Shown here piece by piece: positions 1-12,029 of a DNA stretch of 64,000 nt; the stretch's first letter is position 1, and every line of letters begins with the position of its first letter. Location: NCBI GenBank assembly GCA_976226885.1, contig OZ320317.1, positions 7,130,001 through 7,194,000 on the forward strand. Reading direction: 5' to 3'. The translations under genes were made by a program, and so were the position numbers. Under the pieces are notes generated by a model. That model searched no databases. It saw nothing but the letters and a program-made list of their open reading frames with translations, and had not been told where the DNA came from. The stretch comes from Iphione sp. A-MEVVRFRX5. Taxonomy: Eukaryota.

Positions 1-74
1 GTTTGATGGTATATGTCATGTTCTTAGCAGACAAAATGTTGTGAGACCTGGTTTCTTTTTGTGGTTTTTTTTTC

Positions 75-1000
75 ATGTTGTGTGATTTTGACTCTCTGGC
101 CAAACTGTACTGGTTGGTCACCCAATGTATGTGTATATTGGAAAAATGTATGATGGGGTTTGTCATGTTCAGAGCTACCAACATATTTTTTTTCATGTTA
201 GGATGGTGTGTGCCTTTGTCTCTGTGGCCAACCTGTACTGGTTGGTCACCCACTGTATGTGCAAATGGCAAATATGTATGGGGGGGGGGGTTCCTGTTCA
301 GGGCCAATAATTTTTTTTTTTTTTTTTCATGTTAGGATGGTGTGTGCCTTTGTCTCTGTGGCCAACCTGTACTGGTTGGTCACCCACTGTATGTGCAAAT
401 GGCAAATATGTATGGGGGGGGGGGTTCCTGTTCAGGGCCAATAATTTTTTTTTTTTTTTTCATGTTAGGATGGTGTGTGCCTTTGTCTCTGTGGCCAACC
501 TGTACTGGTTGGTCACCCACTGTATGTGCAAATGGCAAATATGTATGGGGGGGGGGTTCCTGTTCAGGGCCAAATAATTTTTTTTTTTTTTTTTCATGTT
601 AGGATGGTGTGTGCCTTTGTCTCTGTGGCCAACCTGTACCGGTTGGTCACCCACTCTGTTTTATGCATGTGTATATAGACAACATATAATCAGGATTTGT
701 GTTATGTACATAGCAACCAACTGCTTTTAGGAACAGGTTAGGGTTTTTCTTCCTCTTAGGGTAGTGAGTGTGCTTTGTCTCTGTGGCCAACCTGTACTGG
801 TTGGTCACCCACTGTGTGTGCATAGGGCAAATATGTATGGGGGGGGGGTTCCTGTTCAGGGCTACCAATTTTTTTTTTTTTTTTCATGTTAGGATGGTGT
901 ATGTTTATTGTCTCTGTGGCCAAGCTGTACTGGTTGGTCAAACACAATGGGTGCATATGGCCAACATGTATGAAGGGTTTTGTCATGTTCAGAGCCATTT
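75..1000. repeat. ~133-bp tandem repeat, ~7 copies, with variable poly-G and poly-T tracts
   Basis: CATGTTAGGATGGTGTGTGCCTTTGTCTCTGTGGCCAACCTGTACTGGTTGGTCACCCAC recurs at ~194, 328, 461, 595 and 886, with diverged copies near 75 and 760. Confidence 0.95.
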
Positions 1001-1090
1001 TTTTGTTTCTGATTTCATGTCAGGATACTTTATGTGCACAGGAATGTTTCACTACTGCAGTGTCTGACTGTAGATTTTAATTTTTCTAGA

Positions 1091-2999
1091 ATGAAGCGGT
1101 TTGGGCTGGACCCTAAAGATCCGGCATATAATGCCAAGCGATCAAAGATGAGCAGGGAGGAGGACATTAACCGAGACCCTATAGGTACGCGCTGGAAGGC
1201 CTCGGAGGATCGGCGCGAAAGGCGGCGACTGCGCAAGATTGGTAAGTTACTGTCTTTGACCCTACAATGTATTACTCTATCCTTGTGCAGTATCAAGAGA
1301 GGGTATTGGAAAAGGGGGAAAGGATAGTATGGTACCTGATTATGTTGAGAAAAACTGCACATACCTCCTTTCCCTCCACCAAATAGCCAAGTGTATGGAC
1401 TTACATCTTGTAAAGATGATTACAGATTAAAATGAATATGTTGCTCACTACATATGATTAACCTTATATATTTCTTAAGAATAAACTTGTCTTGTGGCCT
1501 TCCTACCTGAGCTACAAAAGGAATGATTCCTATTTCCAGTATTGCAACATTGAAAATGTATTTCAGCCCGGGGTGAAGAGCCCGCGAAAGTGAAGCGCGG
1601 AAAATATGAGAGCGCGGCCGCCTTTGCATTCCGGGAGGCCCGCTACCGCGCCGACCTCCAGGTCTGGGCCCTCAGCCAGGGGGAGGGCGACACCTCCAGT
1701 GGGGAGAGCGAGGAGGAGGAGGGGCAGCATGGTAAGTTAATGTGTTGGTTCATTCTGCTTCAGTTTTTGGGGGAGGGAATTTGGAGGGGATTCCTATGTA
1801 TACTGACACTCATATCAATTATACTTGTATTGTATTAACCATAAATGGAGACACCCTGTTGCTTTGCAAACCACATTAATTGAATTCTAATATGTGTACA
1901 CCCATTTCTTTCTTGAAGGTGCCGGTAATCATGCCCTAAATGGGGCCTATGTTGCCCCTCCTCCTGCTGATGAGCAGGTGCTCCAGCCGCCCCAGGCACA
2001 GCCCCCACCACAGCAACAGCAGCAGGAGCAGCAGCAGCAGCCCCCACCACAGCAAGAACAGGAGCAGCAGCAGCAGCCCCCACCACAGCAACAACAGCAG
2101 GAGCAGCAGCAGCAGCCCCCACCACAGCAACAACAGGAGCAGCAGCAGCAGCCCCCACCACAGCAACAACAGCAGGAGCAGCAGCAGCAGCCCCCAGCAC
2201 AGCTCCTGCAGGAGGCAGCTGAGGAGGAGGAGGAGGACGACGACGACCAGCAGGAGGCTGGTAGCAATGGTAAGTTGCTGTCTAGAGTTTATGTCTTTTC
2301 AGTATGCTTGCTGTAGTCTTCGTGTATATTTCTACACATAAAGGTTTGAATGGTGGCCGTCATGTAGTACATACAGTTAAGTTTCATATGTAACTGGTTC
2401 TATAGGATATCACTTAAATTTAGCACATTTATGTGCATATCCTTCTGTAGTATTTATCAGTAATACCAAAAAACAACTCTTAAAAGTGAAGACATTTATT
2501 GTCACAAACTACCAAGCCAACTGTTACAGGCCCGCACGGCACCCCCTTGTATAAAAACCATATCCGCCGGGTCACACACACACACATGCAACCCCACATG
2601 AACACACACAAGCACTAATGCCCTATCAATATGGCCCATAATGTTGTCTTGTCCAACTCTAAAAACAAGGTTTTCCCTGTGCTTAATTTTACAGATGCAG
2701 GCAGCGCCAGGTCGTCCACCAGCGACACCACGGTCGACCTCGCTGCTGCCTACCTCGACCTGGAGGCCCGCATGGACCGCTTTGATAAGGAGGTGGTGTC
2801 CATCGGCCGGCGGCTAGATGCCCTTGAGCATCTAGCCCGCCACCGTCGCCGGCCGTTGGATGCCAACGACAAGCGCATCTTGTCGGAGCGCTTCGAGCGC
2901 ATCAAGGACAAGACCGGCCTGACCAAAAGCCAATATGAGGAAGTCGTCCTGGACGTGCTAGCTGTGGAGGGCCGTCCAGGACTTGGCCTGCCCCCATAA
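1091..2999 (+). CDS. Orphan 4-exon gene, ~323 aa: basic N-terminus, poly-Q/P and acidic middle, predicted helical C-terminus
   Basis: Exons 1091-1241, 1567-1731, 1919-2269 and 2695-2999 join in frame (972 nt). All three introns are phase 1 with TG|GTAAGTT donors and YAG/AAG acceptors. An AT-rich 3' region follows. Confidence 0.75.
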
Positions 3000-3811
3000 G
3001 GAGGGACACCAGGAGCCCCACTAGGGCCAGGACTTGTTAAAGTTGTTTACACTTGTTAACACTGTTTTTTACATATCTATTCAAGGACTTTTTACTGTTG
3101 ACTCAGGCTTGGACTTGAACCATATGGACACTTTTGGCCTTGAACAGTACCAGACTACTCACACCACTTAAATTAATTTTTTTTAACTTTCATAACTTTT
3201 TTAACATATTTTCTCTTTCAAATTAGTACTTTTAACATTTTTCTTAATCTTTAAACTTTTAATCTTTATTCTTTTAATCTTATAATTTTAAAGTTAACTT
3301 GTCATTAAATAACTTTTCACTTTCTTCACTTTTTTAACTCGTAACTTTTAATAACAAATTTCTCTGTCTTTCACTGTACTATTACATGTTCAGCACATCT
3401 GTGATATTTTGTCGTTTTTGACCCATATATAATCTGGTACTGTTATAAATTATTTTGTTCAAGCCAATGCAGGTGTTGGGATTTCTTGTTTACAGTCCTT
3501 CAAAAGGAAAATATACATGCAAGTAGGTCTAAAGTAGGTAGAGTTACCTAAGCAAGTGGCATGCTAACATATATATTAAGATATCATTGCAAATCAAGTT
3601 TACATGTTATTCTGGTTTCACAAGTTGATCAGCATGCATTCTTAAGATTAGCCTATAGTGGTTCCCCTCAATGATACACACAGGAAAAATGACGCATGAG
3701 AACACCTCTTTCAATGAAGAAGGAAATACACTAATGCCAGCAGCCTGGACAGGTAGGTATTATATCAGAGTTGCTGTGCACACATAACTTATACTTTATC
3801 TATATTTGCAG

Positions 3812-6608
3812 TTGATGATGCCAGACAGAAGTGGCGCAGCCTGCGCGACGAGATGGTGCGATGGAAGCGCCTGTCCAAAGAAGGGAAGAGCAGTGGTGCT
3901 GAGGCCAGGAAGCTGGAGACCTGGAAATTTTTCCAGGCACTTCAGTTTGTGGTGCCCACCATCACCGACCGGCCAACGCTCAGCAACTTCCCGGCACCAC
4001 GCACTGCAGCCCAGGGACCTGCACCTCGTGTCACCAGGGAGTCTCCTGTCCCTCGTGCAGCCAGCGAGTCTCCTGTTCCTCGTGCGGCCAGCGAGTCACC
4101 AGTTGTCGTGGCATCCAAAGAGCCAGAGGTGGATCTCACGGTAACACCGGAAGATGTCGAGATGCAGCCATCCACCTCCGGCGAGGTAACCCACCGTCCC
4201 CGTCGTCACAGCCCAGCTACCAGTGAGGATGACGATGTGCCTCCAGTGCCTCCCATGCCCCCACTGGTGTCATCACCGTCTGTCACAGAGGCGTAAGTAT
4301 CATTTACTGTTCCATGTCCTCTTCCTCACTGCGTACAGCCTCTTCCCTCTCTTCATCGGTACCGGGGGGGTCCGGGTCGTTGGAAGCCAACCCACGCCGT
4401 ACGTGGCGCCTTTGCCATGGTAACTCATTCAGGTTCGTGAAGAAATGCTTGAACTTTTCCCTAATGGCACAGAGGTGCCGTGCAGACCGCCTGGCAATCG
4501 CTGGGAGGGGTTCAAGTGCTCCCCTCACCTTCTCTCTCCTACTCCGTCTTGCAGCTTCGTCTGCCCTGTAGTCACGAATGAGCTTGCTCACCTGCGGTGG
4601 GGTTGTTTTCCTCTGTAGCATGTTATGGAGTATCACTGTTGCCATCACAACTTCAGGCAGGGTGTTGGCATCAATTATGATCTTTCTGTGATAGATTCTC
4701 CATCGGGTCGCCAAGATGCCAAAAGTGCATTCCACTATCCGCCGGGCCCGTGAGTGCCGGTAGTTATAGGTACGCTCCGCTGGGGTGTTTCCGAGTCCTG
4801 GGTAAGGTCGCATGAGGTGATACAGCATGGGGAAGGCGGCATCACCTACAAAGACATAGGGCATAGGCCCTAGTACTTCGGCCCCTTGTAATGGCTTGTC
4901 CTCAGGCAAGTCGAGGTGATCCTCTTCAAGTGCCTGGCCAAAGGGACACTGGTGGAAGATGCTGGCGTCACTCTTCCGGCCATATGAGCCCACCTCTACA
5001 TACAAGAATTGGTAGTTAGCATCCACCACCGCAAACAACACTTGGCTGAAATACCCCTTATAGTTGTAGTAAAGCGATCCTGACCGGCCTGGGGCATAGC
5101 GCATGACATGTTTTCCATCTATCGCACCGAGGCAGTTGGGGTAGTTCCACCTCTTCTCAAAGTTGGCTGCTATTAGCTTCCATTCGTCAGCAGTGGTTGG
5201 CATCTTCACGAATTCATGAAGGAGGTGTGTGCGTATGGCCACGGCCACTTCCTTCACGATGCGACTGACAGTGTTGAATCCCAGCCTGAAGTAGAGTGAC
5301 AAGCTTACCATTGACTCCCCCGTAGCTATGTACCTGAGAAAGTAAACAAAAAGTTACCATGAGATTACTAGAAAATACTTATGCAAGAACGAGTGGGTCA
5401 CATTCACTTTTTGCTAACAATAAAATTTCTATGTTTGCAGGTTGCAGTTGTCGAGTAACAAAAGACCGGCATCGACCACCCCTGATGAGGACCTGGCTGC
5501 CATGATGAAGGGGAAAGCAGTGACAGTCAAGGAGAAGGCGGCAGTGAAACGGCGGCGCAAGACCACAACCACAGCCACCACACCTGCTGCTCCCACCGCA
5601 CCCGCCACAGATGCAGCTGCTGATGACACCGCGCCTGGGCAACCAGTGGAAACCGAGTTGCAGGGCTTCCTGAAAGCCATGAGAGCCGATCTGCGCACCG
5701 AGCAGGAGAGATTGACTGTCACTGTCCGTGCACTGGCAGGAGACATAGACAGTTCGTCGCGCACCAAGTCCATGCGCAACTTCTGCCTGTCCCTAGTGCA
5801 GGACCTGCTGGACCTCCCTCCACAGAAGGCGGCTGTTGCACAGGCGGCCATCAAGACGGTGCTGCACAACCTGGCATTCCCCCAGGAACCACTGCCCATT
5901 GCAGGTGTCCCTATGCCAGGTGCACAAGCAGCAGCTGCACCTGCCTTCGTCCACCCTCCCGCTGCCCCTGCTTTTCCTCAGCCTCCTCCTGCCCCTACTG
6001 TTCCCCAGCCTCCCGCTTTTCAGCCCCCTGCTGCTGTCCCGCCTCCCGCTGTCCTGCCCCATGCCGACCCTACTGTTCCCCAGCCTCCCGCTTTTCAGCC
6101 CCCTGCTGCTGTCCCGCCTCCCGCTGTCCTGCCCCATGCCGACCCTACTGTTCCCCAGCCTTCCGCTTTTCAGCCCCCTGCTGCTGTCCCGCCTCCCGCT
6201 GTCCCGCCTCCCCCCGTCCCGCCCCATGCTGACCCCACTGTGGCCCAGCCTCATGCTGCACCAGCTCAAGAGCTGCTGCCTTTATTGGCACCCGAGCTGA
6301 TGCCGGATGCCATTGCAGAGGTGCTGGATGATGAGCCTGACAAGCTGCCGGTTACAAGGGGGAGGAGGAAGAGGGGTGCCTCCACTACAGCAAAGGCCAC
6401 AAAATCTAGGAGGGGTGGCAAGAAGGGGGCGGCCAAACAAGCACCACCCAAGCAAGCAGAACAGTGGGAGGTCCCTGCACCAGATGCAGGACCCCTGGGA
6501 CCACTGGCCCCGGAGGCAGTACCAGTGGTACCAGTGGCAGGGGAGCGGCCGTCTCTGTTTGAGTTCTTAACTCAGGCTGAAGAGACACTACTTGGTGGGC
6601 AGCACTGA
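3812..6608 (+). CDS. Harbinger-associated MADF (Myb/SANT-like) protein with a BESS-like motif and Pro/Ala repeats; 5' end unresolved
   Basis: Exon 3812-4292 encodes DDARQKWRSLRD...KSSG...WKFFQALQFV (C-terminal half of MADF). Donor GC|GTAAGT at 4293 and acceptor TTTGCAG at 5440 (CTAAC at 5414) splice in frame into ORF 5442-6608. That ORF has NFCLSLVQDLLDLPPQKAAVAQAAIKTVLHNL (BESS-like) and ~3 copies of a 75-bp repeat. Confidence 0.75.
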
Positions 6609-7361
6609 AACAGCTGTTGAACTCTTCATTTTAATCCTTTTCTATTGACTCTGATTTTAATCATAATTCATATTTCTTTTCAGGTATCTAGCTTTTTAAT
6701 GAACTTTTCTTCTCATACTGTTTTAAAATGTTTCTTATGTCTTTTCTTTCAGATGTAACTTGTCTACTATTTTTTAAAATGCTTGATAATATTTAATCAT
6801 GTTTTATCCAGGATATATATGCATATTTTAATATACTGTCTTTATCTTTGAATAAATATTATTTCTTCTAGGAAATTCATGTGTTTTCCATTGGGGATAA
6901 GGGATGTACATAAATTTATAATGCTAATGATAACAGATCTTATACTTGTATAGTACAGATATAGCAACATCACCAACAGTAAGAGAGTATAAAGCAGTGA
7001 GTGAGTAATTCAAGACTTACCTCAGGAACACGCTGAGCCGTTCACGGGGTGAGATGGCTTCCCTTGTCCGGCTGATCCGTTCAAGATCTCCCTCGATCTT
7101 GGAGAGGATGAAATTGAAATCAGCAATGCTCATCCGGAAGAGCTTGTGGCACAGCCACTCATTACGCATGGCCTCTTGCACCAAGTGGTGGTACAGACCA
7201 AATGTCGGTCGCAGCTGCCATACCGGATTCACCCAGAACTGCCGTCCACGGTGGCGCCACAGATGGTCAAACTCCATGCACATCAGGTACCGCCTTAGCA
7301 TGCTCAGGCACTGGTATTGTTGCAGCACCAGGATGCATGCAACTGCTTCTTCTGGCTCCAT
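4304..7361 (-). CDS. PIF/Harbinger DDE transposase (HARBI1-like), ~456 aa, 2 coding exons
   Basis: Exon 7361-7021 (AG|GTAAGT) and exon 5333-4304 (TTTTCTCAG acceptor) join as SVFLR|YIATGES. Motifs GAIDGKHV, YNYKGYFS..L.AVVDANY, VGDAAFP and RARRIVECTFGILATRWRI are present; the DDE residues look intact. Confidence 0.93.
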
Positions 7362-7418
7362 GATGAACTGAAAAAAATACAACAGTGAGTGCATATGTCA
7401 GGGGTGAAAATTACGCTG

Positions 7419-7790
7419 TAGCATGGACGTCTCAATGTCCGATCACCAGAGACAGCAGTGAGTGGACACACCAATGCATAGCGATCGCACATACATATCA
7501 CCGCGACGTAGTCCCAGGGTCCCGAGACGACAGTGATCGGACACACCAAAGTCGCTCATTAAACTTATATTGATCAAACATACATTCCAATATACATACA
7601 ATAGCATCGCCTCTACATATACACAGTAGCGTGGACGTCTCAGTGTCCGATCACCAGAGACAGCAGTGAGTGGACACACCAATGCATAGCGATCGCACAT
7701 ACATAGCATCACCTCTACATACGCAGTTCTTTAGACACACGAAAATCCGCTCATTAAACGGTTTTACATTGATCGGACATACAGGAGTCC
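7419..7790. repeat. Subterminal/promoter repeats of the Harbinger element
   Basis: A ~78-bp direct repeat at ~7419-7497 and ~7627-7705. The motif TGTCCGATCA occurs in both orientations (~7436 and 7644 forward; ~7535 and 7769 reverse). Confidence 0.8.
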
Positions 7791-9686
7791 ACGCTTGAAA
7801 CATTTATGCTTAATATTTACCACTATTTTTCATGCTAGACTAGTCATTTCAGCTGTAAACATACCTTTTGCCTGGACCTTTAAATTTGTGCCTTCTTCCA
7901 CGTGCTCGGACGGGGTCATGACCGAGCAATTTCCGGGTTGGACATACGCAAGTCCACGCGGAAAATTCGCGTGCATGGGGATAGACCCCGCCACCTCATG
8001 CAGGACGGTGCGGGAAGTCCGCACCACGCCACCTTGTGCGTGCGGACAATTCGCGTCTATGGGGATAGCGCTTAATTGTTCCAGTAGGACAAAAATCAGG
8101 GTCGGTCGGGTTACCGGAAACAGATAGTGTTTGTGCAAGGCTAAGAGCATTAGTTATCTGCTTTCCAGGCATAGGTACTGTGTGTTAGTTATACATGTAC
8201 ATCAAAATGAGTGATCTTATCAAACTAACATAAATTAGTCATCATGACTGAAGAATTTTCATTTCTAGGAAATATGTTACTAATAAATCAGTCGATTTTA
8301 CCATCTGAATATAGTCTATCATATAATCGCAAGTAATTATCTGATTTGGATGCAGCAAATGGCTAGAGAAAGCTTACAGCCTGTTCAAAGACGCTATATA
8401 GAAAAAAATATATAGCACAACATCCTAATCATGATGTGCCATCTTTCAAGAATGGTGGAGCAGGAAAATGTTTTATTGATCTCCTCATTAAAAAGTTCCA
8501 CAAGTAGATTAGTCATAAGCAGCTAGCAACTTAGTCTCAGAACTGGTCATTATGACTTTTTTCATCAAGTCTACCTGAAGACAGTCACTAGTAACTAAGT
8601 TTCCAAGAGCCCAGATTGTAGTACTAATTATGATAGGAAAATGTATCATTATAAATAAGGTTCCTTAAGTGCTGTGAAAAATATATAGTGTACAGTTATG
8701 TTAACTAAAGCCTTGAAGTACTTGTGAGTGTGCAAACAAATCTTTTCATCTAAAGTACTTATGTTTTTTGGAATCAGCTAAAGTGGAAACATTTCCTGTA
8801 GAACAGTGTAACAACATTGTTTCTTCATATTGAGTTGCATGTGAACAAGGTAGTTCTTATCATCTCCATCTTCCAGGGTACCCTGGATACTTGGCACTGT
8901 GTCATTATGAGGGTAAAACATATGAAAATTATTGTTCGACTACCTTAAATCAATTATTCTATCCAGATCATGTGATATTTGTGCACATAGTTTGTCAAAG
9001 GGATTTGAATAAATATGAGAGTTGCTCCAACATTCTCATTGGACTCACCTGCACCAACACTGATGCTGTACCATGAAGCTGTGAAGAGTAAAACCTGATA
9101 ATCGGACCTACTGGTGTAGTGTACTCTTTACTGTTACAAGGTTATCAGTGACATACAAAGCTGAAATAATATTGGTTATTATTTCATTGGTGGGTTACAG
9201 ATTGAAATGTCACTATTCCGTTATTATGGTATTCCCCTACCCTTGCTGTTAAAAACACAATGCCCTGGAAGTGAATTGTTTCTCTGGAAGGGGTGAATTT
9301 AGTAAGGAAAAAACGGAAATAGCATTCTGTTATGTCTTGACAGTATTTTGAGATGTTTACTAACTTTCTTTAATGTTTTCATTAATATTGTGCAAACATC
9401 TAAGGAAATATTCTGAAGAAATTTCCGTAAATACATCATCATGACATTATTAAAACACTGTGAAAACATCGTTTCCAATATTATTAGCATAATTTTTGGA
9501 AAAGGTTAGGAAAACATGTACATGTATTTGATTGGTTTTTACTTTAATGCTCATTGCATACATAAATATGGAATATCACTACTGGGAAAATCTGTGTGTA
9601 ATGTTTGAACGATTCCAAGACGTAATTTAAAAGAAATGGAATTGCAAACTGAACATGAATATATTATTGTTTTTTTTTTTTTTTTA

Positions 9687-11650
9687 AGAAGATATCCGCT
9701 CTTGTGGATATAATTCTCAGACCCCTAGTAGTACGGATTAAATCTTATCTTAAGGACACCACAGATTTCTTATGTAAGATTAACTCTCTACACTCACTAA
9801 CGCCTAATGCACTACTATGCACATTAGACATGACATCCTTATACACAAATATCCCCCACACAGGAGGCATAACCGCTATCAAAGCACTACTGTCCCAGGA
9901 CAAACCGGCCACAATGGGAAACCTGAGCAGCCACAGTGTATGCCAACTACTGTACATGGTCCTTACCATGAACAACTTCCGATTCAACGGAGACCATTAC
10001 CTTCAGACGTCCGGAACGGCAATGGGCACACGAGTTGCCCCCACCTATGCCAACCTCTTCATGGCACACATAGAAGAAACCCACGTCTACACATACAAGA
10101 TGAAGCCTTCCCTCTGGCTCCGATACATAGACGATGTCATGATCTGGACACATGGCCCAGATGAGCTGACTAAATTCGTACACCACCTGAATGGATGCCA
10201 CGACAGCATCAAGTTCTCCATGGAATATTCGAACAGTGAAATAAACTTCCTGGACACCACGGTCTACATAAGTAAGGAAGGCACACTCAAAACTCGTGTC
10301 TATCATAAACCAACCGATGGGTTCAATTACTTACCGTACTCCTCCAGCCACCCGCTACATTGCAAGAGAGGAATCCCTTATGGCCAGCTATTACGTGCCC
10401 GACGTATAAGCAGCGAAGACTCGGACTTCGTCCAATCTGCCATCAAACTGGGAAGAGCCTTTGTCAACAGGGGTTACCCACCAGACCTGATAAAAACGGC
10501 ATACCAAGAGGTATGCAAATCATCCCAAAAGACTTTACTGGAACCCAAACCCCAGTACCTCAAACAAGACCAGCCCTCTATACTAATCACAACTTACCAC
10601 CCATCTTTCAACGGCCTAAAACAAAGTGTCACCAACAATTGGGACCTGTTAGGCCGGTCGTGTGCCACCAGGGACACACACAAAGAAGGCTTCAAGTGCG
10701 GGTTCCGCAGGCCCAAAAACCTCAGAGACCTACTTGTCAATGCCAAACTACCGACGGATCAAGGGAATCAACCCTCGACCGGCACGAAAAACCCGTGCAC
10801 CACACGCAACTGCAGATACTGCCCAAAGATCAATACTTCAGGCAGGATCGTTAGCACCTATAGCAAACGTAGTTACACTACCAAAAAGAATGTGAGCTGC
10901 AAAAGCTCGAACCTCATATACTGTATGACTTGCACCAAATGTGGGCTACAGTATGTGGGCCAAACGAAGAACCGGCTTATGGACCGGTTCCAAGGCCATT
11001 TTGGTATCATCAAACGCAATACCAAAAATTCCATAATAAGTGAACACTTCAATGACGCTGACCACCAGGGCATCAACGACATTGAAATACATATTGTGGA
11101 TTTCATCCATGCTCATCCCGAGAGCAACCGGGCAAAGCGACTTAGAGATCTGATAGAACACAACTGGATCCATCGCTTGCACACAGTGGCCCCAACTGGC
11201 CTCAATGTCATGGACGCCACTAATTTTTTAGTGCGACCCGACCAGGGACCCCGTCAGACCTAGCCACGTACGCAAAAATTGACCCATTACCTCTGATGGA
11301 GAGTCCCTAGTGGACTTACATTCGCACTCCAGGGAGCCCCACTTTCATGTGGGTGACAGTTGGTAAGCGCCCCTGGTTGCACACAATGGCAGCCAGGGTA
11401 TCGCAACTTTAGGGTGCCACCTACACCCACGAACATGGACACCACATCCACACAGATCCCTGGATGGCCACACGTCCACATTCAAGCCACACGTGACCTA
11501 CATGAGGCCTGAATGGAAATCTGTTAAGATCAGTCCCAAAAGCTGACACCGTGCCCAACTGTCAATATTAAAACTGTAATATTAATGATGCCTGATGAGA
11601 CTACTTTGTCGAAACCGTAATAATTTGCCCTGTTACATACTTCAGGACAA
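9687..11650 (+). mobile_element. Penelope-like retroelement, 5'-truncated, RT + GIY-YIG endonuclease
   Basis: ORF 9704-11263 has SYLKDTTDFL, LDMTSLYTNIPH, GTAMGTRVAPTYANLFM, RYIDD, FLDT, CKSSNLIYCMTCTKCGLQYVGQT (GIY-YIG) and WIHRLHTVAPTGLN. It starts abruptly after a poly-T tract. Confidence 0.93.
11592..11619 (+). ncRNA. Hammerhead-ribozyme-like core in the Penelope 3' region, probably degenerate
   Basis: CTGATGA-GAC-TACTTT-GTC-GAAA-CCGTA: both conserved boxes and a 3-bp stem II. No convincing stem I partner was found. Confidence 0.5.
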
Positions 11651-12029
11651 AAAAGAGTCACTCTAAAACAAATGCCTTATTTGTTTTCAATGACATCACA
11701 ATGGACATGGCATGTTGCCTTAACAATCCATGACTCACCTTCTCCTCTCCCTGACAACTGGGTTCCATCCCAACTGTCTTCATCACAACAAGACACTACC
11801 TTCACTGACACGGTTGCACCACGTTGTGCTTAATAGCCACGTCTTCAATGAATATATCATTGTTTTCACAATCAGTAAAGATTTGAAACATTCTTGTTCG
11901 TCCTTTATTTGGATCTGAAGCTGTAACTACACAAGAAACCACAAACTATTACATATAATATACTGATTGCTTTTCAGAAATGTCATTCATCAAACCAGAG
12001 TGATCACTGGTCGGCATATATGCCCCAAC

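Larger units (their letters stand above)
1..8071. mobile_element. PIF/Harbinger DNA transposon, right part; left end not seen in the window
   Basis: Contains a Harbinger DDE transposase plus a MADF protein, the canonical two-gene set. Candidate right end ...ATGGGGATAGCGC at 8071 is followed by TTAA (Harbinger TSDs are TWA). The superfamily call is firm; the boundaries are tentative. Confidence 0.75.

Noticed and set aside
1936-2341. Cys-rich (metallothionein-like), Leu-rich and Ser-rich ORFs
   Set aside because: Alternative-frame and antisense readings of the CAG-rich poly-Q exon.
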